From: Clostridia bacterium
GTDB taxonomy: Bacteria; Bacillota; Clostridia; Oscillospirales; CAG-272
Direction of reading: 5' to 3'
DNA: 56,061 nt
NCBI GenBank assembly: GCA_017454465.1
Contig: JAFTCY010000139.1
Coordinates: forward strand, 1-56,061
Position numbers and translations under genes: made by a program. Of this stretch, positions 44,608-53,503 are shown piece after piece. The stretch's first letter is position 1. The number at the start of each line of letters is the position of its first letter. The notes beneath the pieces were generated by a model that saw nothing but the letters and a program-made list of their open reading frames with translations, was not told the DNA's origin and did no database searches.

Positions 44608-45846
44608 TTATCTGAATTTCTCGTCCAGCAGTTCGCTGATGGAAATTATCCTGCCTTCTTTGATGGACTTGTTGCCGGCCACGCCCACGAGTATGGAATA
44701 GGCGCCGTCCATGGTGCCTGCCCTGTGTCCGAGAGGATCCGGCACGTTCTCCCTGAAGATCATGTCGCGCATCCTTATGTCTCCGCCGCCGTGGTCTCCG
44801 CCTTTTCTCGTCACGCGGTACTCGGTCATGTTGTTGTCAAGGTCGAAGACTTTCACAACGTCTTCGGGGGCTTTTGACTGGAAGCCTGTCTCGTATTCCG
44901 CAGCCTCCATCCTTCCCTTTGACCCGTTGAACACGATCTTCCATCCTTCATAGGCCGCCGTGGCGTTGAGGCAGTATGACATGACGGCGCCGCCGTCATA
45001 TTCCACGTTCAGGGACATGGTGTCGTAGATGTCGATGTCATCGGCGAACACGCACTTGTCCTTGATGTAGCCGTCATATTTCTCGTTGTCCTTGTAGTAT
45101 TCCACCTCAAAGGGGGCCAGCTTGTAGGAGAACTCGCATTCGTTCATGTGGGGACAGTCCCAGCACCTGGAGGTGTTCCCGTACTTCGCGTTCTTCGCCC
45201 CGTAGAGATTGAGCTTTCCGAAGGCTGACACCCTGGCGGGTTTCTGGTCTATCCACCAGTTCACCAGATCGAAGTGGTGAGTAGCCTTGTGGACCAGAAG
45301 TCCTCCGGATTTCGCCATCCTGGCGTTCCAGCGCCTGAAATAGCTGGTGCCGTGGGCTCCGAACTCCTTTACCCGGTCAAGCATCCACTCGAAGTGAACA
45401 CTGTAAACGTCTCCTATGACTCCCGATTTCAGAAGTTCCTTGATCTTTGTCTTGAAGGGAGCGAAACGGTAGTTGAACGTCACGATGACTTCCCTGCCGT
45501 ATTTCTTCTGGGCCTCAAGTATCGCGTTGCACCTGTCTTCGCTGATGGTCATGGGCTTTTCGGTGATAACGTCGTATCCCAGTTCCATGGACCTGATTAT
45601 ATAGTCGCTGTGGTAGGCGTCAACTGTGGTAACGATGACACAATCCGGCTTTACCGTATTCAGCATCACGTCGAAATCATCGAATACGGACATGTTGTTG
45701 AGTTTCCCGGAAAAGACCTTTGCCCTGCCGTGGTTGATGTCGTACACGCCGCACATCTCGCAGACGTCGGCCAGTTCGTTCATCATCGGTTTGCCGTACA
45801 TCCAAAAAGCTCTTGAGGAAGCGCCGGCAAATACATATCTTTTCAT
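44608..45846 (-). CDS. Gfo/Idh/MocA family oxidoreductase
   Basis: N-terminal Rossmann fold (YVFAGASSRA...), ...VIVTTVDAYHSDYI... and EKPM motif. Confidence 0.85.
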   Translation of the reverse strand: MKRYVFAGASSRAFWMYGKPMMNELADVCEMCGVYDINHGRAKVFSGKLNNMSVFDDFDVMLNTVKPDCVIVTTVDAYHSDYIIRSMELGYDVITEKPMTISEDRCNAILEAQKKYGREVIVTFNYRFAPFKTKIKELLKSGVIGDVYSVHFEWMLDRVKEFGAHGTSYFRRWNARMAKSGGLLVHKATHHFDLVNWWIDQKPARVSAFGKLNLYGAKNAKYGNTSRCWDCPHMNECEFSYKLAPFEVEYYKDNEKYDGYIKDKCVFADDIDIYDTMSLNVEYDGGAVMSYCLNATAAYEGWKIVFNGSKGRMEAAEYETGFQSKAPEDVVKVFDLDNNMTEYRVTRKGGDHGGGDIRMRDMIFRENVPDPLGHRAGTMDGAYSILVGVAGNKSIKEGRIISISELLDEKFR

Positions 45847-47075
45847 TTTGAGTTCTCCTTCTTAAGTCTGTCTATCGCTTCGATCCTCTGGGCCAGCGTG
45901 GGATGTGAATACTCAAGCTTCACAAGAGCCGGGTGGGGAGAGAGATCGCTGAAATTCTGTCTGGCCAGTTTTTTCAAAGCGGATACCAGCTCATCCGCAT
46001 ACCCTTCCTTCACAGCCTGGGCATCGGCCCTGTATTCCGCTCTTCTGGATACCGCGTTTGCCAGCAGCCCGAACAGAGGGGATATGAGAGCGAACTCGAC
46101 TGTCATGATGAGAAGGACCGCAAACCCGTAGTTGATCCGGTCGAATCCGAAAGCCGCAAACAGCTCCGGTGTACGGAGAGTCAGCCACGCAAGAACTCCT
46201 ATGATCAGCATCTGAAGCACTGACAGAAGCTGGTTCTTGAGCGTGTCCCTGTGAAGGCCGTGGCCCATCTCGTGGGCAAACACGGCGCAGATCTCGTCAG
46301 GCTCCATGGCCTCCACAAGAGTGTCATACAGGACGATGGTCTTCATCTTTTCGAAACCGGTGAAATACGCGTTCGACTTGGTGGTGCGCCTGGAGGCGTC
46401 CATCACCTTTATGTCCCTGACATGATATCCGTGGCTCTCCAACATCTCTGCCAGCTTCGATCTCAGCTCGCCCTCCTCAAGAGGTTTGAACTTGTTGAAG
46501 ATCTTGCTGAACACCGGATACAGGAAGGAAATGGCAAGGCCGATCAGCACCATGGCGCCGGCGAATACCAGGATCAGCCAGTCACCTAGAGCCCTGTGTA
46601 TGAGCATCAGAATGGTGGCGATGCCCCAGGTCAGGATGACCGAGATGATGAAATTCTTTATCTGATCCGAGAAGAAAGTCTTCTTCGACGTCTTGTTGAA
46701 GCCGTACTTCGCCTCGATGATCATGGTGTCGTAATACTCGAAGGGGATGATCGGCAGAGACGCCAGCGCGCTCAGCAGCACCACGGCAAAGATCTTTAGA
46801 TGGTCATTCCCAGGAAACAGGGACGCGAATCCGGCATACGCGTTGCTCATGAGCAGAGCCATTTCTATGATGAAGCTGGCCGTCAGGGCGAATATGGAAT
46901 GCCTGCTTTTTTCGGCGTTGTACTGTTTCCGTCTGGCATAGGTCTCAGGATCATACACGTCCGAAACACATTCCGGCACCGGCCGCTCCCCTGATCTCCA
47001 GTTCATTATCCGGACAGCCAGGCTGTAGACATATGTCAGGATCAGGGCCAGCGCGCAAATCAGCTTGAACAGCAT
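45843..47075 (-). CDS. M48 family (Ste24/HtpX-like) membrane metalloprotease
   Basis: Multi-TM protein with HEMGH and a downstream ...EYRADA... motif. Confidence 0.85.
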   Translation of the reverse strand: MLFKLICALALILTYVYSLAVRIMNWRSGERPVPECVSDVYDPETYARRKQYNAEKSRHSIFALTASFIIEMALLMSNAYAGFASLFPGNDHLKIFAVVLLSALASLPIIPFEYYDTMIIEAKYGFNKTSKKTFFSDQIKNFIISVILTWGIATILMLIHRALGDWLILVFAGAMVLIGLAISFLYPVFSKIFNKFKPLEEGELRSKLAEMLESHGYHVRDIKVMDASRRTTKSNAYFTGFEKMKTIVLYDTLVEAMEPDEICAVFAHEMGHGLHRDTLKNQLLSVLQMLIIGVLAWLTLRTPELFAAFGFDRINYGFAVLLIMTVEFALISPLFGLLANAVSRRAEYRADAQAVKEGYADELVSALKKLARQNFSDLSPHPALVKLEYSHPTLAQRIEAIDRLKKENSK

Positions 47076-47098
47076 ATTTTCCTCCGTTGCGCCCCGGC

Positions 47099-48853
47099 TT
47101 ATTTCACGCCGTAGTATTCCGCGAGGCTCGCTATGTCTTCAGAGGTGATGGCGCGGGAGAATATGACTATGTCGTCGAGTTTGGCCGGAAGCTTGATGAA
47201 ATAGTTTCCGGAGCCGTCGGAACCGAAGTTAATTCCCCTCATTTTGCCGTTGAAGGATACGTCCTTCATGTATTCGGGAATCTCATAGGTCAAGATTTCG
47301 CCGAAGTCATAGCAGAGTCCGATCTCGCCCTTGTCCCTGTCGACTATGAAGTCCACATGGACCCAGCCTTCCCTGAAGTCCTCGGGAAGCGGGAAGTTCG
47401 CGTATTCGAATTCGGTTCCGTTGCCGATATTGAAGTGGAGGTGGTCATCCTCAAGGGCCAGAGTGAATCCCGGGCTCTCAAAGTTATACCAGTCCTTGTC
47501 GGAAATGATGGGCGGGTTTCCGCCTGACGCCTGGGCGTTGAGCCAGAAGGAGATCGAGAAGTTGTTATTTCCCGGTATGAACTGGGACAGGACATATCCG
47601 TCGATCATCGTCATGCTCTTGCCGAGGAATCCGTCAACGAAATAGGTCTTCCCCTTGGATACGGTCCTGATCTTGCCCAGGGAGTCGGACACCTGGTCGT
47701 CCATCGTGATGTAGGCCGCCAGGTCCTCAGCCTTGAAGAAGTCCGTTATATATTTTCCTGAACCGGGGGCCGGAGTCTCTCCGCCCTGGTTCTCAAACCT
47801 TATGTTCTCAACATATTCGTATACAGGTCTCTCTTTTGCAGTGACGCCCTCAAAGAGTCCGGAAGGAACTCTGCCCGTCCAGCCCTTGGGCTGCTCCAGT
47901 CCCAGGGCGTATACGGTGATGGAGGCGATATCGCGGATGCCCATCTCGCCGATCTGTCCTTTTTTCACGACAGTTTTGCCGCAGGCCGCCACCATGATAT
48001 TCATCTCGTCGTAGGAGTCGCCGCCGTGGGATCCCGTCCAGTTTCCGTCCTGGTCCTTATACATGGTGCCGCCGTGGTCGGCGGTCACGATAAAGAGAGT
48101 GTCGTCCGCAAAGCCTTTTTCCTCAAGCTTCGCGTATATTTCGCCGATATACCCGTCGATGTCATGGATCTTGTCAAGCTGGATCTGGCTGCCGAAGCCG
48201 TTATAGTGGCCCGCTCCGTCCGCCTCGTCGAACTGGACGAACAGGATTTTCGGGTCATGGCTGTCGAGATATTCCAGGACAATTTCCGTGACCTTCGAGT
48301 CGTCTTCTTCAAACCCGTCAAAATAGATACCGATCTTGTCCTCCAGCAATCCCCTGTTTATGGTGCCCCAGTCAACGATGGAAGCCAGATCGGCATCCGG
48401 AAACGCGTCTCTGGTGACCCTGAAGAAGCTCGGGAATTCGCTGCTCATGGGGAACGCTATGCCAGAGGCGTTGGTAAGCTTGTGGAATTCCGGTGTCACA
48501 CCGTGGAAAAGGGCTCCCCAGCATTCCGCGCTGATGGAGGGCGTGGAGGTGATGCAGTTGTATGTTATCGCGCCGTTCTCGAAGATCCTGTCGATATTGG
48601 GGGTGTCGGCTTTCTTGAAGAACGCGCCGGCGCCGTCGACGCCTATTATGACCACTCTATCGTATACATATGATCCGGGCACTGTGTCGTCCGGCTTTTC
48701 CGCGTCCGTGTCCTCTTTCTGTGAAAAGAGCCAGCCGTACGCTTTTGACTTTACGAATCTGATGCCGAAAGGCTCGTCGTCGGCAGCGATCGTGGCTACC
48801 GCAGCCGCGGCGAAAAGGCACACGGCCAGTATGATGGAAATGACTTTCTTCAT
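47099..48853 (-). CDS. secreted alkaline-phosphatase-superfamily (nucleotide pyrophosphatase/phosphodiesterase-like) protein with C-terminal LamG-like domain
   Basis: Signal peptide, ...VVIIGVDGAGAFF... and ...FIVTADHGG... metal-site motifs. The C-terminal ~200 aa have a concanavalin/LamG-like pattern (...FSISFWLN...LDDIVIFSRAIT...). SD is GGAGG. Confidence 0.75.
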   Translation of the reverse strand: MKKVISIILAVCLFAAAAVATIAADDEPFGIRFVKSKAYGWLFSQKEDTDAEKPDDTVPGSYVYDRVVIIGVDGAGAFFKKADTPNIDRIFENGAITYNCITSTPSISAECWGALFHGVTPEFHKLTNASGIAFPMSSEFPSFFRVTRDAFPDADLASIVDWGTINRGLLEDKIGIYFDGFEEDDSKVTEIVLEYLDSHDPKILFVQFDEADGAGHYNGFGSQIQLDKIHDIDGYIGEIYAKLEEKGFADDTLFIVTADHGGTMYKDQDGNWTGSHGGDSYDEMNIMVAACGKTVVKKGQIGEMGIRDIASITVYALGLEQPKGWTGRVPSGLFEGVTAKERPVYEYVENIRFENQGGETPAPGSGKYITDFFKAEDLAAYITMDDQVSDSLGKIRTVSKGKTYFVDGFLGKSMTMIDGYVLSQFIPGNNNFSISFWLNAQASGGNPPIISDKDWYNFESPGFTLALEDDHLHFNIGNGTEFEYANFPLPEDFREGWVHVDFIVDRDKGEIGLCYDFGEILTYEIPEYMKDVSFNGKMRGINFGSDGSGNYFIKLPAKLDDIVIFSRAITSEDIASLAEYYGVK

Positions 48854-48863
48854 AAATATATAA

Positions 48864-48903
48864 CCTCCGCTGTGGAATCTGTTTCATTATACCACAACGG
48901 AGG
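48864..48903 (-). promoter_or_regulatory. 12-bp inverted repeat (11/12) enclosing an extended -10 (TGGTATAAT); one arm contains the SD of the downstream gene
   Basis: cctccgctgtgg (48864-48875) pairs with ccacaacggagg (48892-48903). On the minus strand the loop holds tggtataat (+ coords 48886-48894). Confidence 0.4.
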
Positions 48904-48947
48904 CTCAAATATCAGTTTTTGAAAAATATTTATTAAATAATTTTTTG

Positions 48948-49451
48948 TCAGGCGGAGTACAGTCCGTGAAGGGCTGTGATAAGATCGTCCTCGCCGGAGA
49001 TCATAAGCCTCGGTCCCATGGCGTATGTGCCGTTTTTTCCGTTTATTCCGTTCAGGATCTTGATGCCCTTTCCCCCGGAGGTGCACCAGTTCCTGAGGTT
49101 CAGGGAATAGTCGTCGCAGAGCACGTCGTTCTCCGAGACCTGTCCCACGGCGTCCGCCTTGTTCTGCCCGCAAAGGGTGAATATCCTGTGATCCGGGGCA
49201 ATGACCGGCAGGTGCTCGTTCAGCCATTCGTTCTTCTCACGGGTAGCCTCTTCCCTTATCCCGGGGATCACGGCGGAAAGCACGTAAACGTCATATTCCC
49301 CGCTGGCGGCCAGTTTCTTCACGGCCTCCACATTGCCGCTTATGGGGGCAAGCTCCCTGAAATACCCCTTTCTCTCAAGTTCCTTCAGATCCTTTACCCT
49401 GTTATATTCACACAGGACTCCGTCCATGTCTATAAAGACTCTTTTTTTCAT
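48948..49451 (-). CDS. HAD-superfamily 5'(3')-deoxyribonucleotidase-like phosphatase
   Basis: HAD motif I FIDMDGVL near the N-terminus. The ATG at 49451 lies after GGAGGTG; the track ORF starts 19 codons earlier without an SD. Confidence 0.7.
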   Translation of the reverse strand: MKKRVFIDMDGVLCEYNRVKDLKELERKGYFRELAPISGNVEAVKKLAASGEYDVYVLSAVIPGIREEATREKNEWLNEHLPVIAPDHRIFTLCGQNKADAVGQVSENDVLCDDYSLNLRNWCTSGGKGIKILNGINGKNGTYAMGPRLMISGEDDLITALHGLYSA

Positions 49452-49492
49452 ATCGGCACCTCCGTTTAAAATGTTTCCCAAAGTATCCGATG

Positions 49493-49540
49493 AATGCTTT
49501 TCCTGCAAAAGTTATATCTATACAGCAAAAGAAAAGCATT
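49493..49540. repeat. perfect 10-bp inverted repeat (aatgcttttc ... gaaaagcatt) with 28-nt spacer
   Basis: Read from the sequence in the divergent HAD/chrA intergenic region. The spacer contains the direct repeats ctgcaaaag and cagcaaaag. Confidence 0.4.
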
Positions 49541-49657
49541 AAAAACAAGAATTTAAACTTGCAAACTAGAACTTACTTTTCCAATTCAGGTTAACTGTAT
49601 TATACAACATCGACTATCCCATATATGGTACACATAAAGGGTTTTCCGGGACACCTC

Positions 49658-49686
49658 TTTACAAAACTGTGAATAAAGTGTAAAAT
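49658..49686 (+). promoter_or_regulatory. promoter TTTACA-17-TAAAAT for the chrA pair
   Basis: tttaca 49658-49663 and taaaat 49681-49686. Confidence 0.5.
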
Positions 49687-49728
49687 GTTTGCAAACGAAA
49701 AACCACCTGGAGGCTGTTCAGACCCAAA

Positions 49729-50289
49729 ATGAAGGAAAAACTCAGAAAACTGCCGGAGCTGTTCGTCACCTTCCTGAAGATCGGAGCGTTCACTTTCGGA
49801 GGCGGGTACGCAATGATCCCCCTCATCCAGAAGGAAGCCGTGGAAAAGAAGGGATGGATAAAAGACGATGACATACTTGAGATCGTAGCCATAGCGGAAT
49901 CCACCCCGGGGCCCATCGCGGTAAACGCCGCCACCTTCGTGGGATTCAGAACGGCCGGGTTCTGGGGCGCGTTTTCCGCCACCCTGGGACTTGTGATCCC
50001 ATCATTCGCCATCATCCTTCTGATCTCGTTCCTTCTGCGGGAATTCCGGGAGATCAGGGCTGTGCGCTACGCGTTCATCGGCATCAGGGCGGCAGTGCTG
50101 GCCCTTATCGTAAGAGCCCTCATCTCCATGTACAAACAATCCCCGAAAAAGATCATCTCCTATGTGATAATGGCGGCGTCCCTGATACTTGTGGCCTTCT
50201 TCAGGATCAACGTCATATTCGTGATCCTGGGATGCGGGCTGTGCGGCCTCGTCTTCTCCCTCATCGAAAGAAGGAGGCAGGCGAAATGA
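49729..50289 (+). CDS. chrA: short-chain chromate transporter (CHR family) subunit 1
   Basis: ...FLKIGAFTFGGGYAMIPLIQ... and ...ESTPGPIAVN... are CHR signatures. Confidence 0.85.
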   Translation: MKEKLRKLPELFVTFLKIGAFTFGGGYAMIPLIQKEAVEKKGWIKDDDILEIVAIAESTPGPIAVNAATFVGFRTAGFWGAFSATLGLVIPSFAIILLISFLLREFREIRAVRYAFIGIRAAVLALIVRALISMYKQSPKKIISYVIMAASLILVAFFRINVIFVILGCGLCGLVFSLIERRRQAK

Positions 50290-50852
50290 TCTATCTCGAG
50301 CTGTTCCTGACATTTTTCAAGATCGGAGCCTTCACCTTCGGAGGAGGGTACGCCATGCTCCCACTGATACAGGAGGCGGTCCTTGAGAAGGGATGGGCCG
50401 ACGCCGAAAGCCTAATAGACTTTGTGGCGGTCAGTGAGAGCACGCCGGGTCCCTTTGCCGTGAACCTTGCCACATATGTGGGCTCGGATACAGCGGGTAT
50501 CCCCGGCGCCCTGTGCGCTACTCTGGGAGTGGTGCTCCCCTCATTCATCGTAATCCTTATTGTGGCGGGATTCTATGAAAGATTCCGTTCCTCCTTTGCC
50601 GTCCGGGGCGTCATGTCAGGTCTGAAGCCGGCGGTGGTGGGGCTTATCGGAGCTGCCGCACTGTCGGTATTCGTCACCGTATTCCTGCCGGACGGGCTCA
50701 GCGTCTCCCTTCTGTCCTCTCCCGTACTGTATATCTCGGCCGCCCTCTTCGCGGTCTCCGTGCTCCTTTCACAAAAAAAAGCCCACCCCGTCATGATAAT
50801 CCTGATCTCGGCTCTGATAGGTGTGGGATGCGGATACATATTCAATTTATGA
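50286..50852 (+). CDS. chrA: short-chain chromate transporter (CHR family) subunit 2
   Basis: ...FFKIGAFTFGGGYAMLPLIQ... and ...ESTPGPFAVN.... The ATG at 50286 overlaps the upstream TGA (ATGA). Confidence 0.85.
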   Translation: MIYLELFLTFFKIGAFTFGGGYAMLPLIQEAVLEKGWADAESLIDFVAVSESTPGPFAVNLATYVGSDTAGIPGALCATLGVVLPSFIVILIVAGFYERFRSSFAVRGVMSGLKPAVVGLIGAAALSVFVTVFLPDGLSVSLLSSPVLYISAALFAVSVLLSQKKAHPVMIILISALIGVGCGYIFNL

Positions 50853-50872
50853 CCGTAAGGACCCTGTTTTTG

Positions 50873-50901
50873 TTGACAAAAACCTTTTGCTGTGGTATTG
50901 T
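50873..50901 (+). promoter_or_regulatory. promoter TTGACA-17-(TGG)TATTGT for gpmA
   Basis: ttgaca 50873-50878, a spacer ending in TGG, and tattgt 50896-50901. AAGGAG lies at 50935-50940. Confidence 0.65.
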
Positions 50902-50948
50902 ACCTATTGCGAAAACAACATACGATTTTTATGTAAGGAGATATTAAG

Positions 50949-51695
50949 ATGACAAAACTTGTGCTGCTCAGACACGGCGAGAGCGAATGGAACAAGCTGA
51001 ATCTCTTCACCGGATGGACCGACGTTGAGCTCAGCGACAAAGGCCGCGAGGAAGCGAAGAACGCCGGCCGCGTTATGAAGGCGGAAGGATACGATTTTGA
51101 CGTATGCTATACCTCATATCTCAAGAGAGCGATCCACACACTGAATATCGCCCTTGACGAGATGGACAGGGCGTGGCTCCCCGTGATCAAGAGCTGGAAG
51201 CTCAATGAAAGACACTACGGCGCCCTCCAGGGCCTGAACAAGGCGGAGACAGCCGAGAAATACGGCGAGGAACAGGTAAAGATCTGGCGCCGCTCCTTCG
51301 ACGTGAAGCCCCCGGCACTTGATCCCGACGACGAGAGAAGCGCTGCAAAGCAGCCCATGTTCAGGAACGTTGATCCCGCGCTCCTTCCGGCCAACGAAAG
51401 CCTGGAGACCACCATCGAGCGCGTGGTGCCCTACTATGAGGAAGTAATAAAGAAGGACATGGAAGCCGGCAAGAGAGTCATCATCGCCGCTCACGGCAAC
51501 TCCCTCCGCGCTCTCGTGAAATACTTCGATAACATCTCAAGCGAAGACATCATCGGCGTGAACATCCCCACAGGCGTTCCGCTGGTATATGAGTTCGACG
51601 AGAACTTCAAGGCAGTCCGCCATTACTACCTGGGCGACCAGAGCGAGATCAACGCCAAGATGCAGGCTGTGGCAAACCAGGGAAAAAAGAAATAA
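50949..51695 (+). CDS. gpmA: 2,3-bisphosphoglycerate-dependent phosphoglycerate mutase
   Basis: [12 protein letters not shown] catalytic His motif, ...ERHYGALQG... and ...[10 protein letters not shown].... Confidence 0.95.
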   Translation: MTKLVLLRHGESEWNKLNLFTGWTDVELSDKGREEAKNAGRVMKAEGYDFDVCYTSYLKRAIHTLNIALDEMDRAWLPVIKSWKLNERHYGALQGLNKAETAEKYGEEQVKIWRRSFDVKPPALDPDDERSAAKQPMFRNVDPALLPANESLETTIERVVPYYEEVIKKDMEAGKRVIIAAHGNSLRALVKYFDNISSEDIIGVNIPTGVPLVYEFDENFKAVRHYYLGDQSEINAKMQAVANQGKKK

Positions 51696-51716
51696 TAAAC
51701 AGCGTTTATAAATAGC

Positions 51717-51746
51717 AAAAAAGGCTCAGAAGTGAGCCTTTTTTGC
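51717..51746. terminator. bidirectional terminator between gpmA and udg
   Basis: aaaaaaggctca-gaag-tgagcctttttt: an 8-bp GC-containing stem flanked by A and T runs. Confidence 0.8.
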
Positions 51747-51756
51747 TGTTCCTGTT

Positions 51757-52311
51757 CTATTTTTTCAGGTCATCCAGAAACTCCCTGATCTTTTTCATGT
51801 CGTAATACATGTCCTCTTTTTTTGAAGGATCCCTCAGTATGGCGGCGGGATGGAAGAGCGCGATCATTGAAAAAGCGCCTTTTTTAATTAAGATCCCGTG
51901 CTCTCTCACTATGGGATAATCCGGTTTCATTAGTTTGGACGCGGCCACCTTCCCGAGGCAGGCTATGAGTTTCGGCCGGATCAGCTTCACCTGGGCCCTC
52001 AGGTAGTCTATGCACGCTTCCTCTTCATCTTCTCTCGGATTTCTGTTTTCGGGAGGCCGGCATTTCACGATATTGGCGATGTACACGTCATCCATGGAGA
52101 TCCCCGAAGCGGCAAGATATTTGTCAAGGAGCTGTCCGGCGGCGCCCACGAAAGGCTGCCCCGTCAGATCCTCCTGCTCCCCCGGTCCCTCTCCCACGAA
52201 CATGACCGGAGCCGTCCTTGATCCCCTGCCTATGACAACATTGTGACGGGTCTCCCACAGGCGGCATTTCCTGCATCCTCCGCACTCATTTTCAAGCTCA
52301 GTCCAGTCCAC
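51757..52311 (-). CDS. uracil-DNA glycosylase, family 4
   Basis: 4Fe-4S Cys pattern (CGGCRKCRL) and motif FVGEGPGEQEDLTGQPFVGAAGQLL. Confidence 0.9.
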   Translation of the reverse strand: MDWTELENECGGCRKCRLWETRHNVVIGRGSRTAPVMFVGEGPGEQEDLTGQPFVGAAGQLLDKYLAASGISMDDVYIANIVKCRPPENRNPREDEEEACIDYLRAQVKLIRPKLIACLGKVAASKLMKPDYPIVREHGILIKKGAFSMIALFHPAAILRDPSKKEDMYYDMKKIREFLDDLKK

Positions 52312-52328
52312 AGCCGTCCTCCTTGTTG

Positions 52329-52357
52329 TTGACTAGCGGTTTACGCGATGGTATAAT
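52329..52357 (+). promoter_or_regulatory. promoter TTGACT-17-(TGG)TATAAT for the pfkB/mtlD-like/CAT-like unit
   Basis: ttgact 52329-52334, a 17-nt spacer ending in TGG, and tataat 52352-52357. Confidence 0.65.
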
Positions 52358-52443
52358 TGCATAATGAAGAATTATGGGAAAAAACACAATAACTTCCCCG
52401 TAACAGTATATCACACCGGAACAGAAAAAGAAAGGCAGATATT

Positions 52444-53466
52444 ATGAGGAACAGCATCGTAGTAGCCGGCAATATCGTGGTCGATTACCTGTATCCCATC
52501 ACCGGATATCCGGAAAGAGGACAGCTCACGACCATCGAGAACAATATCGGCAGATCCACCGGAGGATCCGTTTGCAATGTGGGCATCGACCTGAAGAAAC
52601 TCATGCCGGAGCGCTCCATTGGAGGACTCGGCCTCGTAGGAAACGACGAAGGCGGGGATTTCGCCCTGGAAGTCATGAACAGAGAGGGCCTTGACACCTC
52701 CCTGATAGGAAAGGCAAAAGGAGCCACCTCCTTTACCGCTGTCATGTCCGACAATATCTCCCATGAAAGGACGTTCTTCCACTGCAGGGGTGGAAACGCG
52801 GAATTCTCGGAAGATTCATTCTCCTGGGACGACGTGGACTGCGACCTTCTGCACATAGCCTACATTCTTCTCCTTGACAGGCTGGACGAGGAGGATCCGG
52901 AATACGGAACGAAAATGGCGCGGCTGCTTTGCCACGCGAAGGAGAGGGGGATAAAGACCTCCATCGACGTGGTCAGCGAGGCCGGTGAAAGATTCTCCAG
53001 GCTGGTTCCCCCTGCCCTTAAGTATACCGACTACTGCGTGATCAACGAGATAGAAGCCGAGCACACCACGGGAATAAAGCTCAGGGCTGAAGACGGATCC
53101 CTGATATTCGGAAACATAAAGCCGGCTCTTCAGGCGATGCTTGATCTGGGCGTGGGCATATGGGCCATAATCCACTGTCCCGAAGGCGGTTTCGGCCTTG
53201 ACAGGGAAGGCAATTTCGCGAAATACGGCCAGATAAAGAATCCGAAGGATTTCGTAAAGGGCAAAGTAGGGGCAGGCGACGCGTTCTGCGCGGGAGTCCT
53301 GGCTGCCGCGGTTAAGGGAGAATCCCTTGAATACGCCCTGAAGCTTGCCAACGCCTCGGCTACCGCATCCCTCGCGGCCCCCGGAGCCACGGAGGCCATG
53401 ATGACCATCGATGAATGCCTGGAGCTTGCGGACAGGTTCGGCGCAAAAGAGCTCCCGGAAATGTAA
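52444..53466 (+). CDS. PfkB-family carbohydrate kinase
   Basis: N-terminal ...VVAGNIVVD... and the C-terminal ATP/anion-hole motif GAGDAFCAGVL. Confidence 0.85.
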   Translation: MRNSIVVAGNIVVDYLYPITGYPERGQLTTIENNIGRSTGGSVCNVGIDLKKLMPERSIGGLGLVGNDEGGDFALEVMNREGLDTSLIGKAKGATSFTAVMSDNISHERTFFHCRGGNAEFSEDSFSWDDVDCDLLHIAYILLLDRLDEEDPEYGTKMARLLCHAKERGIKTSIDVVSEAGERFSRLVPPALKYTDYCVINEIEAEHTTGIKLRAEDGSLIFGNIKPALQAMLDLGVGIWAIIHCPEGGFGLDREGNFAKYGQIKNPKDFVKGKVGAGDAFCAGVLAAAVKGESLEYALKLANASATASLAAPGATEAMMTIDECLELADRFGAKELPEM

Positions 53467-53503
53467 TATATCCATATACAGCACAAGAAAGAAGGCGGAA
53501 CTT

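Noticed and set aside
49729-50852. Split chromate transporter as a pseudogene
   Set aside because: Both halves are intact, carry the CHR signature and overlap by ATGA. Paired short-chain CHR proteins are a known arrangement (for example Bacillus YwrA/YwrB).
53411-53503. ATG-initiated extension of the mtlD-like ORF overlapping the pfkB 3' end
   Set aside because: The Rossmann motif begins right after a TTG at 53504, which has an upstream purine-rich SD. The extension residues look like an out-of-frame read of pfkB.
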